Position numbers and translations under genes: made by a program. From NCBI GenBank assembly GCA_002269645.1, contig NIVC01000254.1:1-64000 (forward strand): a stretch of DNA of 64,000 nucleotides. The letters are read 5' to 3'. Numbering within the stretch: the stretch's first letter is position 1; every line of letters begins with the position of its first letter. The notes beneath the pieces are model-generated. The model had not been told where the DNA came from. It saw only the letters and a list, made by a program, of their open reading frames with translations, and ran no database searches. Below, piece by piece: positions 48,620-62,885 of the stretch. The stretch comes from Macrostomum lignano (lineage: Eukaryota).

Positions 48620-50665
48620 AAGAGCCCAGAGTATGATTAACTTCTTTCTCGAGTAGACGAAAGATAACGACCGTAATGCACTTATAAATATAAGGCAAGT
48701 ACTTTTTTATAAAAAGCTTTGAAAAACTCATCTCCATTCCTACTACAGTTTTACTTCGTTTTAAAGTCAGTAATTACTTCCAACATTAGCTTTATATGTA
48801 TCTGATATATAAACCCTACGTTTTAGGTTCTCCTGTATTCCTGATGGTCCTGAGGCTTTATATATACAGTTTAAACTATAACCACTGTTTTTGTAATTTA
48901 CTCAAGGTGGTATGGTAGTGCTTAATAAAACAAAATTTATCATAATTGAATTACTTCGAAATCTAATGGATAAAATTATTAAATGAATTCTGTTTAGTAC
49001 CTTGACAATTTGAACTTGTGAAGCAACAATTTTTGAGCATGTAGACTTAGGAACAGTCTCGGATATTTAATAAGGAGTATCAGAATGTCAATTAATTTCC
49101 ACTGAAGTCTTCCGTCGGGTTTTTATTTTTTTGAGTTTGAAGTTTTCGTGCGATTAATTGAAGTAAAATTCTGATTTCAAAAAAAGTTTTTAAATTTCAT
49201 CAATAACGAAGTCTTTAAAGCTTTTTCAGTTTCCTATTGCCAGTTTTTTTATAGTAGCAGTTTTTTGTCCCTGCAGCCGTAAAAGCTTACTAGTAGTAGT
49301 GTAGTGACCTTCGCGAAAGTTCGATGCATTAATTATGAATTATTTATTTCTAGAAATTTCCCCGTAGAGTACAAATTAAATTCTCGAAATTTCTTCTCAC
49401 AGTAACTAATTCTAATACTCGCATTTATAAATATTCAATGTATAATTTATTACAGTAAGGCAGTACTACAATTAATGCAAATCTGATAGGAATCAATGAT
49501 TCATATTTGTTTTGTTATAATGCTCAGAATATTCTAGAAGTTTCCGGCGATGCTCCTGATGGCTATAAATAAACGGTGCCAACCGCGGATAATCTTTACT
49601 TCTCCTTACTTCTTACTCCGCTGTCTCTTAACCACATAAAATAAGAACCACCGCCTAGCTCTTTCCCTTTCTTTAATTTACATTAAATTCTACAGTAGCA
49701 CTATAAGAAAACGATTCGGGGTCAGCCTTGGCTTGAGTTTAGTGACGAAGTTTATTCATTCACGTATGGGATTATTTCTATCAAGGGATGCTTGCTGGGA
49801 TTGATGTGTTCCTTATTACCAGACTTTCTGTGTAATCAAGGAACAATCACTTCTAGCTCTTTGCTAGGTAACCCAGTTATCAATTGAAGGTACTGCTTAC
49901 CTTGACTTAGTGTGAGATATCTCATCTGTTGTTCTCGCGGTACGTCTCATGTAGATCTCGTGTAGATCTCTCCTTGTCTTCCGGAAGAATTAACAACTTG
50001 AATCTGTTGTTCGGGTCCAGCTTCTTCTTCTACTTCCGATGAAGTTGTTCCGGCCGGTATCTGCAGTCAGGACCAATCAGAGGCCTCGTATCAACAATGG
50101 GTATCCTGCGCCGAACTGCGGTTTCACTTAAGCCTTCTCTTTCTAGTAGTGCCTCACTGCACTCTAGGTATTGCTCCGGTAATCTCTAATAGATCCTCTA
50201 AGATCTATTAGGGTAGTCCTTCGGGCGACTACAGCCAATGGAGTCTCAAATGGACTCAAGAGTCTCAACAGACTCTAACACTATCAAAATAGGGAGTCGA
50301 CTCAACAACAACTGGCGCAATGAGCAAGGCTTACTGCAACAACTCGACCAAGTCTCGATTGACTAGGTGATTAGGAAGTCCTCTTAAGGCTTCCTCTTCG
50401 GAGCTCTCCTATCGCCGGAAGTTGGCTCCGGGTCCGCTTTGGACCGCTTGTATTTATAGACATTTTTGCCAGCAAAAAATAGCAACATAACTCGCGTGTT
50501 GCGTTAAAAATAGTAACATGATTCATTCTGCTGCTATAAATAGTAACATGATTCATCTGCTAAAAATAGTAACATGAATCATCCTTAAGTGCGCATGCAT
50601 GCACTAGCTTACTTATAGTAGTATTCTACGATTTATACTTTGCGTAGGAGATATAACACACTACA

Positions 50666-50885
50666 TGATGCTTGCCATCTGGGAGATGCTATCTGGGGGA
50701 TGCTTGCTATCTGGGGGATGCTTGCTATCTGGGGGATGCTTGCTATCTGGGTGGATGCTTGCTATCTGGGAGATGCTTGCTATCTGGGGGATGCTTGCTA
50801 TCTGGGGGATGCTTGCTATCTGGGGGATGCTTGCTATCTGGGTGGATGCTTGCTTTCTTGGGGATGCTTTCTATTTAGGGGGAAT
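50666..50885. repeat. 18-bp minisatellite (TGCTTGCTATCTGGGGGA)
   Basis: About 12 units; explains the DACYLG ORFs. Confidence 0.92.
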
Positions 50886-51358
50886 GTCTGTTATCTTTGT
50901 GAAAGCTTTAATATGTCATCTTTGTCAATTTTAGAAAAAAGAGATTCATAGGAAACATCTTTGTCCGTGACAATTTTACTTGATTAATGTGACTTTTAAA
51001 ACTAAAGAAAAAGGAGTTAGGTCCTGAGAAAATGTGAATTTTAATTTTTTCCATGAATAATTTTTGCTCCTTGCTTATTGGGCCCCGAAGGAGGGCACTA
51101 GATTGCTAGTCTATCAACTAGCATGGCTTTCCATGATAATATGATAATCCATGATAATGATAATACGGCCTTCTAAAACGCTTAGATTTTGCAATTTAAT
51201 CGCAAGCAATTTATCATGTGAAAGAAAAGCCGCAGTGCAAGGAAACTTCAGGCAGCGCTTATAAACTGCAAATATAAACAGGAAAATGTACGCCCGTACC
51301 TAAAACAAGGCATTCTAATTTCGCTTGAAGGCTCATGCAATAAAAAAATTATTACCCC

Positions 51359-51650
51359 GGGACCGTAGCCTAGTGATCTAGCGAGGTAGTGTCTGTGGTC
51401 AAGGCTCGAATCCAAGTGCAGTCACATTTATTTAAGGCTAAATTGGAATCTCAGCTTGGCTCTGCTCATGCAATTAAAGGCCTTGAGGGTCAACCCCAAG
51501 GCACAGTGAAGTGTACATTCGGAACGATAAATAAATAAATTTAAGGCAGCTGTACACTTCTGTACGTGAGAGTGCCTGTGCTTATGATTGTGTAGTGCTC
51601 AGGGGAGTCGTGGGAATGGGCAGTATTGTCTCGCTGGTTGTGTGATGAAG
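51359..51650 (+). mobile_element. tRNA-derived SINE, same family as 30712-30991
   Basis: TAGCCTAGTG A-box and GGCTCGAATCC B-box (51403-51413); body shared with the 30.7-kb copy. Confidence 0.75.
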
Positions 51651-54600
51651 CTATAACTTTTACCTCACTCGTATTGCACATGTGATAAGAGTTTTTTTCA
51701 TATTCCTTTCCTACTACTGTAGAGAGTTATTAAACCATACCGTAATGCTCTACTTAAAGTAATATTCTAAGAAAGTCAATTTATTCTAGAATGAGTCATA
51801 TCTACTTTAGGAATCACGCGCAAACAGAGTGATTTAGAACCCTGCGTGGGATTAACATTGTTTGATCAAGGAACCGGATTCCAACAGCTGTATTTATTTA
51901 ACTCCATATATGGTAATGCTCAAACATGCATGACCGCTTAATCAAACATGAATGACCTAAGTAAATACCCAATCCCAAACCGGTTTTTCTCCAAAATTTT
52001 GCTATAAATATAAGTGAAAATTTGAGTCAAAAATTCAGACTCAGAGCGGTCTCTAAGAAGAATCTGAAGGAACAAAGAAGGAGACCAATCTCTGAGGGAC
52101 CACACTTGTCTAATTGGTAAGCGTTTACCGGATTCAGTTCTTTGATTGTTAGCGTTAATAAGTTGATTAATTGAGTTATACGAGAGCAGTTCATTGTCGA
52201 TACATTTGAGAAAGGCCTCCTTGTTTCCTAGGATATATTACTAGAGGATTTTGATTGAGTTATCCATTACGTTTCGGACGTAACGAAGAAGACGCCCTTA
52301 AGGAGGACCTATCACAAAACTTGAAGACTTCAATTGTTCATTAGGGCGCACGTTTTATTGTTAATTTCGAGCTCGAGGACCGTCACAAGAATTCTGATTT
52401 GCTCTCGTTTTGGTCGACCCACAGATAAAAAGTCAAAGACTCCAGAAGACTACAGTTGATCACCGAAATCGGCCGTCACTACCGCTCAGCCAAGTTAGAC
52501 AGAGTCACACACTGCAAGACCCAGACGTCTGCAACCACAAGAGGAGCCGCTCCAGTAAGAGTTATTTGAATTTGCAAATACCTAGGCACTTGTTCCCCAG
52601 TGTCTAGAAGTGGGAGTTTTTGAGTGACTGATCACTACTCATAAACTCTTCACTACTTATTAGTAGCTGATATCTGTTCGCATACCATTTGTACGAGCGT
52701 ACTACAAAAATCAGAAACGACAGCGAGACAGCTCCCTTATCAGGGCATACCCGTAGATATCTGAAATCCTGCATGCAAGCGTCCAAGTTACATTGCAACC
52801 AGATGTGTAGCCAGAAGGTTAAGTATACGACAACCCTTCAAATGAAAAAGTGCTCCAATGGCAGCAGAAACACTCATTGGCAGTAGCTTTTGGCACGCTG
52901 AAGATACGGGCTGAGAAAAAACCTGGCTAAGAATACGAGCTAAGCATACTCAAGCTATTCAGCCTAAGCCCGGATAAAATGAAGTACGATCGTAGCTTTG
53001 TCGTCGAATTGTCAGACCCACCGCGCAATCATTTTAGCCTTCGATCTGATTAGTTGTTTACAGTACTTGTTCTTTATTTTGTGCAATTTCACATACTTCT
53101 GAAAAAACTGTGAAAAAACTTCATTTCTTCTAAGGATGAACGAATTTGACCAAAATTATCAACACAAGATACCATAAAATACTGATTTTTGCGAAATTCA
53201 TTATCTTTATTTCGAGATGATGTGCAACACTTTATATTCTTTGACCCCCTGCATGTGGCCTCTATCATACTGCTGTCGCTACCAGTCTTGATTAACCACT
53301 GGGTGGCAACGCAGCTCAGGGAGAGGTAAGGATGACTGGTATTTCAGCTCTGCCGTACTCTGTTCCTCTCCCCCGCCCTCCGCAGGACTCAACCGTATGG
53401 GCATCAAGGCGGTGGCCACGGCTAATCTCAAGTCATGGCTAGTCAGTTCAAGGAAGCATTTAATGTTTAAATGTCTCCTTTAACCCGGATCTCTCCGATA
53501 TTTTTAAGCACGGGAATTTCTGCCACCTCATCCATGCCTATGGGCTACCGGGCGACCGATCACCCACTTTCTAGAGAGGGACAGAACTGCGAACGACGGC
53601 ACCACCGGATCTTCCTGCGCGACATCGTAGCACCAGCTGCCCGTGATTGCCATGGGTCTGTGGAATGGGCGGCAACACCTCCCATCTGCACCCAGTATAC
53701 TCCAGGAAGCCTTGCAGCTATGTTGTGTATTGGATAGTCGATGTGTCGGTTGATTTGGTTTTACTGAGAGCTCAATCCATCTATTCAATAATGCTAAAAT
53801 GATTTCATTTATGCGCACTGGCTTTGTGTACGTTCTACGTACTCATGGACAAAGAAGACAAACGCTATACTGGCAAATCGCGAGGCCGATTTCTGGAAAT
53901 AAATTTTCGCTACAAAATACAGTATGAGACACTCGCGACTTTCAATATGAGTTCCAGAAGGTGCGAGACCGTAGTGGATGTTGTGCTAAAAAACTGAAAT
54001 CTTGAAATCTGCGTAATAGTGAAATCTGTGCGATTTACAAGTGTAGCTTCCTTCTGCTTTAGTTGCCCGTGCCCCTATTAGTAAAGAAAATGACAGGTTC
54101 ATTTAAATTTTCATATGGTGAGAATTGAAGTTCTTCGCTTCAGTGTTTATATACATCTATTGAATCGGAAAACTTACGAGCAATAACCAATTAAATTCGC
54201 TTGCAGAAGCCTTCAATATTTACATTCCTGCTAATCTTTGTGATTCGTCTACCGGTGAAGTTCGCTCTACGAGAGTAGTTATCTTGTCTATGGTTTCCGT
54301 TCGGGAAACACTTGATGGATTGAAAGGCCGTTTCTTATTTTAAATACATGCAGATGTATTATTTCTTACGCGTAACTTCAGCTTAATATTTTTGGAATTT
54401 TAGGTCTAAATATATAAATGTAAAGAAAGTTCAACTTGAAATTGCTAAGGTTTAATAAAGTTTACAAACTGGTCCGAAAATTGCAAATGACCCGTGAAAA
54501 CTCAAGCAATTATTTCACTTCATATTATCACTTGGCTGTGTTAATTTAAAAATGTTAGTAACAACAGCAAATTTGTTCCTAGTATAGCTTCTATTGATAA

Positions 54601-55979
54601 TATCTGCAATGTTTTTGTAAATGCAACTCAAAAGATTAAAAGTCTATTGAAGATCAAGTCTAATTCTGGAGATGACCATTTTCTGAGAGGCATCGCCAAA
54701 TACAGATTCTATTGAAAATATTAAAAGGTTGTTGAATAAAAAATACACAATGGCTGTGCACACTCTTATTAATTTCCTTTAAGAGCGTAAGCCATGAGAA
54801 CATGCTGCTGTATTGATGTCACCATGAGAACTTACATGGATTTACACAATTAGGTTCGAAGTTTTTTACTGCTAACCAAAGCTACCTACATGAAAGTGCT
54901 ACACGTAAATAGAAATCGCAAAGAAACATCTGCTAAATATTTAACCTTAAACCACGACTACATTTACCTAGTAGTGTTTCCGTAGCCATCAGCTTTCTTT
55001 TGCCAAAAGATCTGTATCAATGTTAAAGACTTCGCCCAAGCTCGTTGTTATCGTAGTTACTGCTATTTTTACAGTTTGGTCATGTGATGAAAGGCTTGTA
55101 TAATTAAAACTTTGCTAGAAAAGCAAGCAATGAAAGTGTTTTAACAGATTTAATCTCTAAGAGAAACTTTCTTCTTGCTCTGACCAAAATGTCAGAGTCC
55201 AAAAAAAATTTACTCTTATAGTACATGTATAAAAGCTTCATTATATGAATAAACTTTTGAAACGCTATAGGTCCAGATTGAAAGTTTATCAACGAGAGCA
55301 GTAAATTAAAATCATGCTGGAATGAAAAACGTTTACTTGCCGCTTCTATCCGCACATATTCGTAGTGCAACCTCCAGCACATTCGGGGAAGGCTGAAAAA
55401 TGTTAGCGTCTTAAAGGCTGCAGTTGGCTGCTGTCTGGTGATTTTCACTTGCACCCGTCCTTGTTTATTTAAAACGCGTCACTGAAGCGCATTAGCGGCA
55501 GTCCAAACTTAGAAACTTGCTGATTTATTAAACTTTGAACTATTCATTGCAACTTGCAGTTTGTTGAAAGTATGCTCATATTAAATCATTTTCTGCATCA
55601 GATGGGCTGCAGATCAATCAACGGCTTGCTACTTGGCGTCGCGCTGCTAATTTTGTCACGCTCAGCACTGCAACCAGTTGGTGAGCAAGTTGCGATTTGC
55701 TGTTTTCACGGGTTACAAAGTTAATGTCAGTTTTTCAAATCTCTGAAATGGAGCTCAAAATTCAACGACAAAACCAAACCAACTGTAATGGATAACTTGC
55801 CAGAAAGTTCGACTAGAACCACAGAAATATTTTATCTATCAAGACTATAGAATGCAACCAAATTTTAGCTGAATTTCTTAGAAAATTAGGCAAACATCGC
55901 TTAAGAAATGGTTGCTTGCCTTTGTCATTACACCGGTTGCATATGTACATATGTGCAACCGACAGCTCAGCCGCAGCTA

Positions 55980-56212
55980 TTGTGCAGCGCATCTGAAGGC
56001 TGCGCACGGCTGTTTAGTCCATGGGCTGGAGGTCGCCACTTACACTCTTAATTACATCAGCTGATGCTGGTGCTGATTTTACAGCTGGGTGAACTGAAGC
56101 AATACAGAGTTAAGTGTCTTGCTCAAGGGCACAAATTGTTCCAGTGGGATCGGGAATCGAACCCCCAACCTTTAAGCCGTGAGTCTGACGCTCTAACCAC
56201 TAGGCTACTACC
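55980..56212 (-). mobile_element. tRNA-derived CORE-like SINE in paralog 3 intron 1
   Basis: Reverse complement: GGTAGTAGCCTAGTGGTTAGAGCG..GGTTCGATTCCC, then GTGCCCTTGAGCAAGACACTTAACTC..CAGTTCACCCAGCTGTAAAT resembling the CORE domain. 3' end is approximate. Confidence 0.8.
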
Positions 56213-59200
56213 ATTGTCATTCTTAGAAACTGTTATAGTTTGAGAAGTCATGTTCGAGTTTGTCTATGATTAAGCCCCCCGTGTCTTCAACTCCACTCGC
56301 TGTGTTAGTCACAGGAACTTACGTGTTAGTTGAATAGTTGCTTCTAAGGTCCTCTCCTTCTAGCCTTCCCTGTCTCTAAGAAACGTTGCCTCGCTTCGTT
56401 GCTAATAGCTCGTAAAATTGGTTTTTTAAGTTTGGCTTGACCGATGTGCATTCTAAGGCCACAACAGAAACTAATCTTGGAAATAGGAATGCCAGACTTG
56501 GCCAAAAAATTAATTATCTATACTTTCACCATTGTTGGTGCTAAGTGTCCCAGCCCCTCCATTCTGTATTCCTAAAGTTTTTGCATAGAGAATATTTTGT
56601 GTCAAAAACTATTTCTCGTTGTAACCGCATTTTCAAGAAGGCGCGCTTCAAGTCGATTAGTCTGGCATATTATCGATTGTAGCCGACTTGATCCAGAGGC
56701 TTGATTCCGGAGCTCAACTTGACATTTTTCATTTAGGATATTATACACTAGATATTTATTTATTTTTTTAAACTACCTTTTAAGAGGCGTGCAAAAGTGA
56801 AATTCTAACCGCCGATAGCGGTGCGGTCTCGTGTCCTCCCGATCAGGAGTCGGGCAGCAGATATGGATCTGGTTTAGACAGTCGATGGATCATCAATACT
56901 ACAGGTGTAAAAATTATCAGATTTATTAAAGTGGACGTAGAACCAAAGTTAGACAATATTCTCCTGTTTGAGAATACAGGCGCCAACGATCCTGACCAAA
57001 TGAGATTCAGAATTAATGATGCAGATGCAGTCAGCTCCGAGTTCTGGCTCTCTGGCACAACTCTGGTGCGCTTTAGCACTGACGGAAGCATTTTTCGGAC
57101 TGGCTTTAAGTTTACCTTTGAATGCAAAAGCAACATTAGCATACCAGGTAAGAAGAAGTTTATATGATTTGCACTGTTCATTATTTCTTAAGTTAAAACA
57201 GTAATTTGCCTTTCTAACATAGCTGCCACAGAAGTAATCAGACAGCGAAGTGGCAACCGGTACAGTCACCCTGGGTTTTGAAGTAGCCGCTACCCGAGCG
57301 ACATGAAGCTGGCCTGGAGCATCCAAGTTCCAGCTAGTCATTTATTGACTATTAGATTGATCACCTTCAAGACGCAGGCCGGTCGTGACTTTCTGAGGAT
57401 TTATCGGGGCACAGTGCCTAATATCGGAAGCGAAGCACTGTATGAGTTTTCGGGGAAGAGTGCTATCTCGGAGATGGAGTTCAATGAAAGTGTAACGTTG
57501 CTATTTACAACTGGTGGTTATTCTACTAATTTAACCGATGGATTTGAATTTTCATTTAGTATTATAGAGGCGTGTGAGTGAAATCAATAATTTCTATTCC
57601 GGACAAACTCTCTCACGTGTTTCAAAAGTTCTGTATTACCAACGTATTGTTTCAGCCGCTTGCTTGCGGACGATAGTTTTAAAAGCTAGTAATGGAAGAG
57701 TCCGCAGTCCTACCTTCGATAACGAAGTTAGTCAAGGTAAAAAAGAAATCTGTTGGCTCTTCACTGCTAGAGAGTTCATTGGGATCAATTTCCACAGACT
57801 GGACTTGGACTCACTGGACTCAAGCGGCAAAGTGTTTATCTATGTCAACACCGATGTGCCCAACAAGGAGAAGGAGGTGCTTCAGCTTTCCAATTCCGAT
57901 GCATTGACGTCGGAATTCTGGCTGGCCACATCCTGGTCAGTTCTCATCAGGCTCAGAGCAACTAAAATACCGACAGTTGAGTTTTCGTACAGGACCAATA
58001 GTACGCAGCAGAGATCAATGAATCCCCTGCTTATAACCAGGCGCCATCGTGGTAATTATAGAAATGTTTTCTGCATAAGTGCATGCATCCTGCAACTTTA
58101 AGCGGTAGCTAGTTCCCATGACATAATCATTTTAGGAATACTGCCGTACGTGTTGGTCATGGAAAAAATAAACTCAGAAAGTGGCTCAAGAAGCAGCATT
58201 TCTGGGTACCGATCGTACGGGTACCGATCGTACGGACTGCTCAACGCACATTATGACTTCTCAAAGTTCTTTACCCAAATATGGGTAATTAATGCAAAGC
58301 TGACGGAAACTGTGACGATCAGATTCGGCAATCTGTCAACCAAGTTTAACCAAGGCCAGTTGCAGGTATTTGCTGGCCCGTACGAAACAATGTACGGCAG
58401 CACCAGGCGGAATGTGTTGGCCAGTTCGAAAAAGGAAGTGGAATACCAACTTCTTGGTGGAGCAGTGATTGTGTACAGCTCAGACGTTTCGGCCAAGCAT
58501 TCTGGATTCGACTTTGAATTCAATATAGGTAAGAATTCCTTTTTTCTCATTTATAAGACTACGATAGTTCTTATAGCCCACACCATCCCAAAATTATCCC
58601 GAAAGTTATTTTTCAGCTAATAAATTTGGCTGTGCTTCAATATTTATAAATATGAATGTATTATATTGCACATTTGAATTCATATTTTAGCTATATTCAC
58701 CAGCTGTAAAAGTCAACCCACAAGAATTCAAAATTTCTGCTTTTTTGCTCTATAAATTTAAATTCGGCAGTTCAGCAGCTATACTGCAGCTGGGCTGGAC
58801 GTATTGCCACATGCAGCTTATTTCCATTGCGAATATACAATATTTTATTTTTATCCCTTAACGATTTTTCTCCCACAAAAAGTTAGCCAACAAGAGAAGT
58901 TCAAAAAGGGATCCTGGGATTTTTTGTCCAAGGGTGGTCGATCTTTGTAACACGTTGGCAGGATGTTGCAGCCGGGGTGACTATTTTGTTGAGTAAATAC
59001 TACCTATACGTCGTATTTCTTTCGCTCTATCTAGACAGATGGAAGCAGTCCATTTAGTATTCGTGGCCTTGAATGCAATTGTAATCGACATCAAAAACAC
59101 ATTTTTCGATTTCATTCAATTTTAGGTCATAGGATCTACCCAATATTTGAGCATTGGTCTGGGAAAGTATCTCGAAATAGCTCTACAAAACTAATTGTTC

Positions 59201-59539
59201 AATCTTCAGTTGCGAATTATTCAATTCACTGCCGTCTCAGGCCTGCGTGCGGGAATCGATCATTCGATGTCACTGTAAATCAAGGAAAATTCATATCACT
59301 GTCTAGTATGGATAGTTTTAAGCAAGCATTAACGCAAATGCCTTAACAATCTTCAGATGATCCACTCCAATGAGCAATGTTTAAGGGCTGTGTATTCTGT
59401 TTATTCGTCGAACCTTCCTTCTTTCGAGTTTTGCGCAAGGGATGCACAGTGCGGATTCATTCGGCCATTTGGAGTGACTACGGAAGAGTTGAAGCACGAA
59501 GCTAAATTCCTAGAACGTAAGCGTCGAAACTAGACCGTT

Positions 59540-59848
<309 letters not shown>

Positions 59849-61692
59849 AGCTGTGATTAGAATGCATTAATAACCTTGCAGCTGACCCGGAATCAGTAAT
59901 CATCGATCTGAAGCAGCCACAGTTCGCCTCAGTGACTGGAGCGGTGCAGTTTCGGGCGATATCCAGACTTGCCTGTCCCAGTGTGAAGCATCGGTGCGAG
60001 CTGCAGACAACCGATGGCAAATCTATCACTGCTCAACTAATCAAAAAGGTAAAGACGTAATTTATTTAGTAAATATTTGTCAGCAGATTCCTAAATAACC
60101 TGTGCAACTGCTATTTTCTAGAATATCACAGAGCCAACAGAGCCACAGTGCCTCAGCTTGGTGACGTCGCAGTTTGTAGCGGTTGCTCAACCATCTGTCA
60201 TCACAGGCGCCGTCATCAGGTGCCGCCTGTTTGACGGTAGCTTTGAGCGTCTCAAGCTGCCACAACAGACCACTAGTAAGTACTTATTCGCAAATTTTCT
60301 TTAAATTTAATTTTTGGTACTGCCGCACATCGCGGCGTCAATGAACCCGCAGCAAGCGAGGAGCAAGCAGTTTTCCCTAATCTGTTTATCTCTGAGCATA
60401 CCCAGGCCACGGATATGAGGCTAGGTACCAATGTTGGTTTTTGCGAGATGGAATTTTAGAGATTGTCTACTGCCTAGTAGAAAGTGTGGCACTTACTTCC
60501 AAATCATGCTTAGTGTGAGAAAATAAACTACGTCATGTTAGAGTGCACTTTGCAGCGATAGCAATAGAAAATTAGACTGGAAACCAATTGAGCTGTTATT
60601 TCCTCGGTGCCTATATTTGGGACTTATAAAAATGTCCTGGAAGTGCCACACCTTTTTATAAAAAATCATATAGTTTTGTTCACATAAGCAAGGGGTGCAA
60701 TTGGTTTAGAGAGCTCATAAACCTGAGAATTTGATTTTCAGAAGCGTTATTTGCAGAAAAAGCCTCCAAAACTTTATGTGCACTAACTCTGGGCTGCGCG
60801 TTGTGGTGCCGCAAGAAAAATCCAACTGATTGTGTTTAATGGTAAAGAGTTGCTTGATCTTTGCAGATGTACGGTTGCAAGGAGTCTGGGAGCTGCCGCT
60901 GCTCATTTCTTCATCAACAATAGCTGTCATCTCCCTAATCGCACTCTCAGCTGTTAGCTACTTTCTATTCAAAAGTTTGAAAGCCAAACGATCAAAATCA
61001 ATTGAAATGAATATTCGTCCACAGCCAAAGCCAAATCCTTATAAAAAGCATGTAAGTAGGCCTAGACTAAGTGGGTATTTACTCGTATCTTTCAAACCGC
61101 AATCTAATTCAGCCTTGCACTTTCGTTTTACGCTTTCAGCCCGCCAGTGAAGTCTATTTGAACTAATGTAGTACTTGACTTTCCATGCCGATTTTTATTC
61201 CATTTTTATCCTTGTCTACCTTTGATTTTGTCAATCAATAATCTACCAGACACTACTCAATACTGAGTAGTTAGTTCCTGAGTATAAAAACTGAGTATTG
61301 AGTACCTGAATCTACACTGATATTCTCTAAAAATTTGTGAATTGCACTTTAGAAATTGAGTTTTCTAAAGTCCTACTTAATTGTTCCGATATTGATTGAC
61401 TATGTGCTTTTTTTCATTTTGCTTCTGGTTCACACGCCTTTTGAAAATGCACTGATTAAAATATTCTTAAAACCTGTGCATATTAGTATCCATATGAAAT
61501 GCATATTTTTACACCTCACATGTATATATGTATCTTTTCAATCGACGATGTCCCAGGTTCTCAGCTTCTATCCAATATTTCTATAGTAATACGACCTTTG
61601 CTCTGGAGTCTAATTATTATTTTAAGATTGACCGGACTTTTTCACGTAAATACGGATAGGCCCAGTACCCTATTTTTTACCATAAATATGAG

Positions 61693-61812
61693 CTATATAC
61701 GAGTATATGGAAGTCTGACGCCAAAGAAGTCAGACGATTGGTAAACCACCCAGTCTTTCAGGCTGATATAAAAGCGTGACGGTGTCGAATTTTTCTTTAT
61801 ACTCGTATATAG
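61693..61812. mobile_element. Possible tiny MITE bounded by a 15-bp perfect inverted repeat
   Basis: CTATATACGAGTATA at 61693-61707 and its reverse complement at 61798-61812; single copy only. Confidence 0.4.
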
Positions 61813-62082
61813 TTTAGGTATAATTTGCAATCGAATTTTGTTAATTGTATTTTCCAATCTAATTAATCTAATCCAACCTAATCAATACTTGAAGTTATAG
61901 TAACATTTGTTTTACAAGTATCTCATTAACGAAAATTTGAAATCATTTAGTTGAAGCGTTACTACATGCTCCTCTGGTCTCTTTGCGCTTCTCTGCGTGC
62001 GTGCGTGCTCTGGCATTGTCCTGTGTCCGCCGAAAATACAATCCCTTGGATACTTCGATTCTGCGAAGACTAAGTTAGTACA

Positions 62083-62870
62083 TCTATATACTAGTTGTGA
62101 GATGTCTCTGTCTGTCTGTGCGATGATTTTTTAAAAAAAACGGCTCAACCGATTTGCGCCATTTGATCACAAATTGTCAGCAATCGGTATGGTTAAAATT
62201 ATTAGTGTCTACGTCATTTCCAAGTACAGTTAAATAAAAAAAACTATTTTTACTATCTAAATAGTGTATTTTTCTGGCAGTCAGAGCTCAAACTTCAATT
62301 TTATGTCTGGCCAATTTTTCTGCTTCTGCTGATACTCAAGTCCAGAGTAGGGAAGTGAGAGCAGTCCTAACCAGAGGTCACATTGCTTAATCCTCACTCT
62401 GTCTATCTATCGAAACTATCAAAACCATGGCCCGTCGTGGAGGTGCTAGCAATCTAAAAAGGAGCCGTGTAGCTAAGCAAAAACGTCAAAGCGAAACGGA
62501 AGTCCAGCGCGAGGCCCGGCTGCAAGCTGGTCGCCAGCGCGAAGCTGAGCGTCTGGCCAAGGAGTCTGACGGGGACACTGAAGCCCGACGGATGCGTTGG
62601 AGAAACCCTTCAGAAAAGAGAAGGGCTTCTGAGCCCAAAAGATTTCAAATGTGCCCGGGACGGTACATGTATTTTTACGTATTAAGCTCTAGCTCATTGC
62701 TAGGGGGATTAAATATTCGAAAAACTGTACTTTCCCTATCTAATTAGTGTTTTTTTCTCGCAGTGAGAGCTCAATACGTCTATGGCCATAGACTAAACTT
62801 TAATTTCTTGAGCTGATGCTACGAGCTATAAATAATTAAATATTCGAAAACATGCCCTTTTGCATAAGGG
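62083..62870 (+). mobile_element. Helitron-like 5' fragment
   Basis: A|TCTATATA start, CTGTCTGTCTGT and ACGGCTCAACCGATTT, then ORF 62427 with charged repeats (RQSETEVQREARL..KESDGDTEARR) like Helitron Rep/Hel N-termini. No Rep or helicase motifs in the window. Confidence 0.55.
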
Positions 62871-62885
62871 AGCGATATCAGCCAG

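Noticed and set aside
48588-48620. CTGATGA-hairpin hammerhead candidate
   Set aside because: The GAAA core is absent (TTTA instead); better explained as the terminal coding micro-exon.
49560-52600. Palindrome-rich segments with a minus-strand TATA and short AAAAATAGTAACATGA repeats
   Set aside because: Probably decayed repeats, but no termini, TSD or coding motif could be established.
53370-53440. HDV-like words (GGGCATC...GGCTAA) in a GC-rich unassigned segment
   Set aside because: P1 and P4 pairings could not be built; the region 53270-53760 remains unassigned.
58690-59030. Possible extra exons in paralog 3
   Set aside because: Open stretches exist, but phases and homology to the other paralogs were not convincing.
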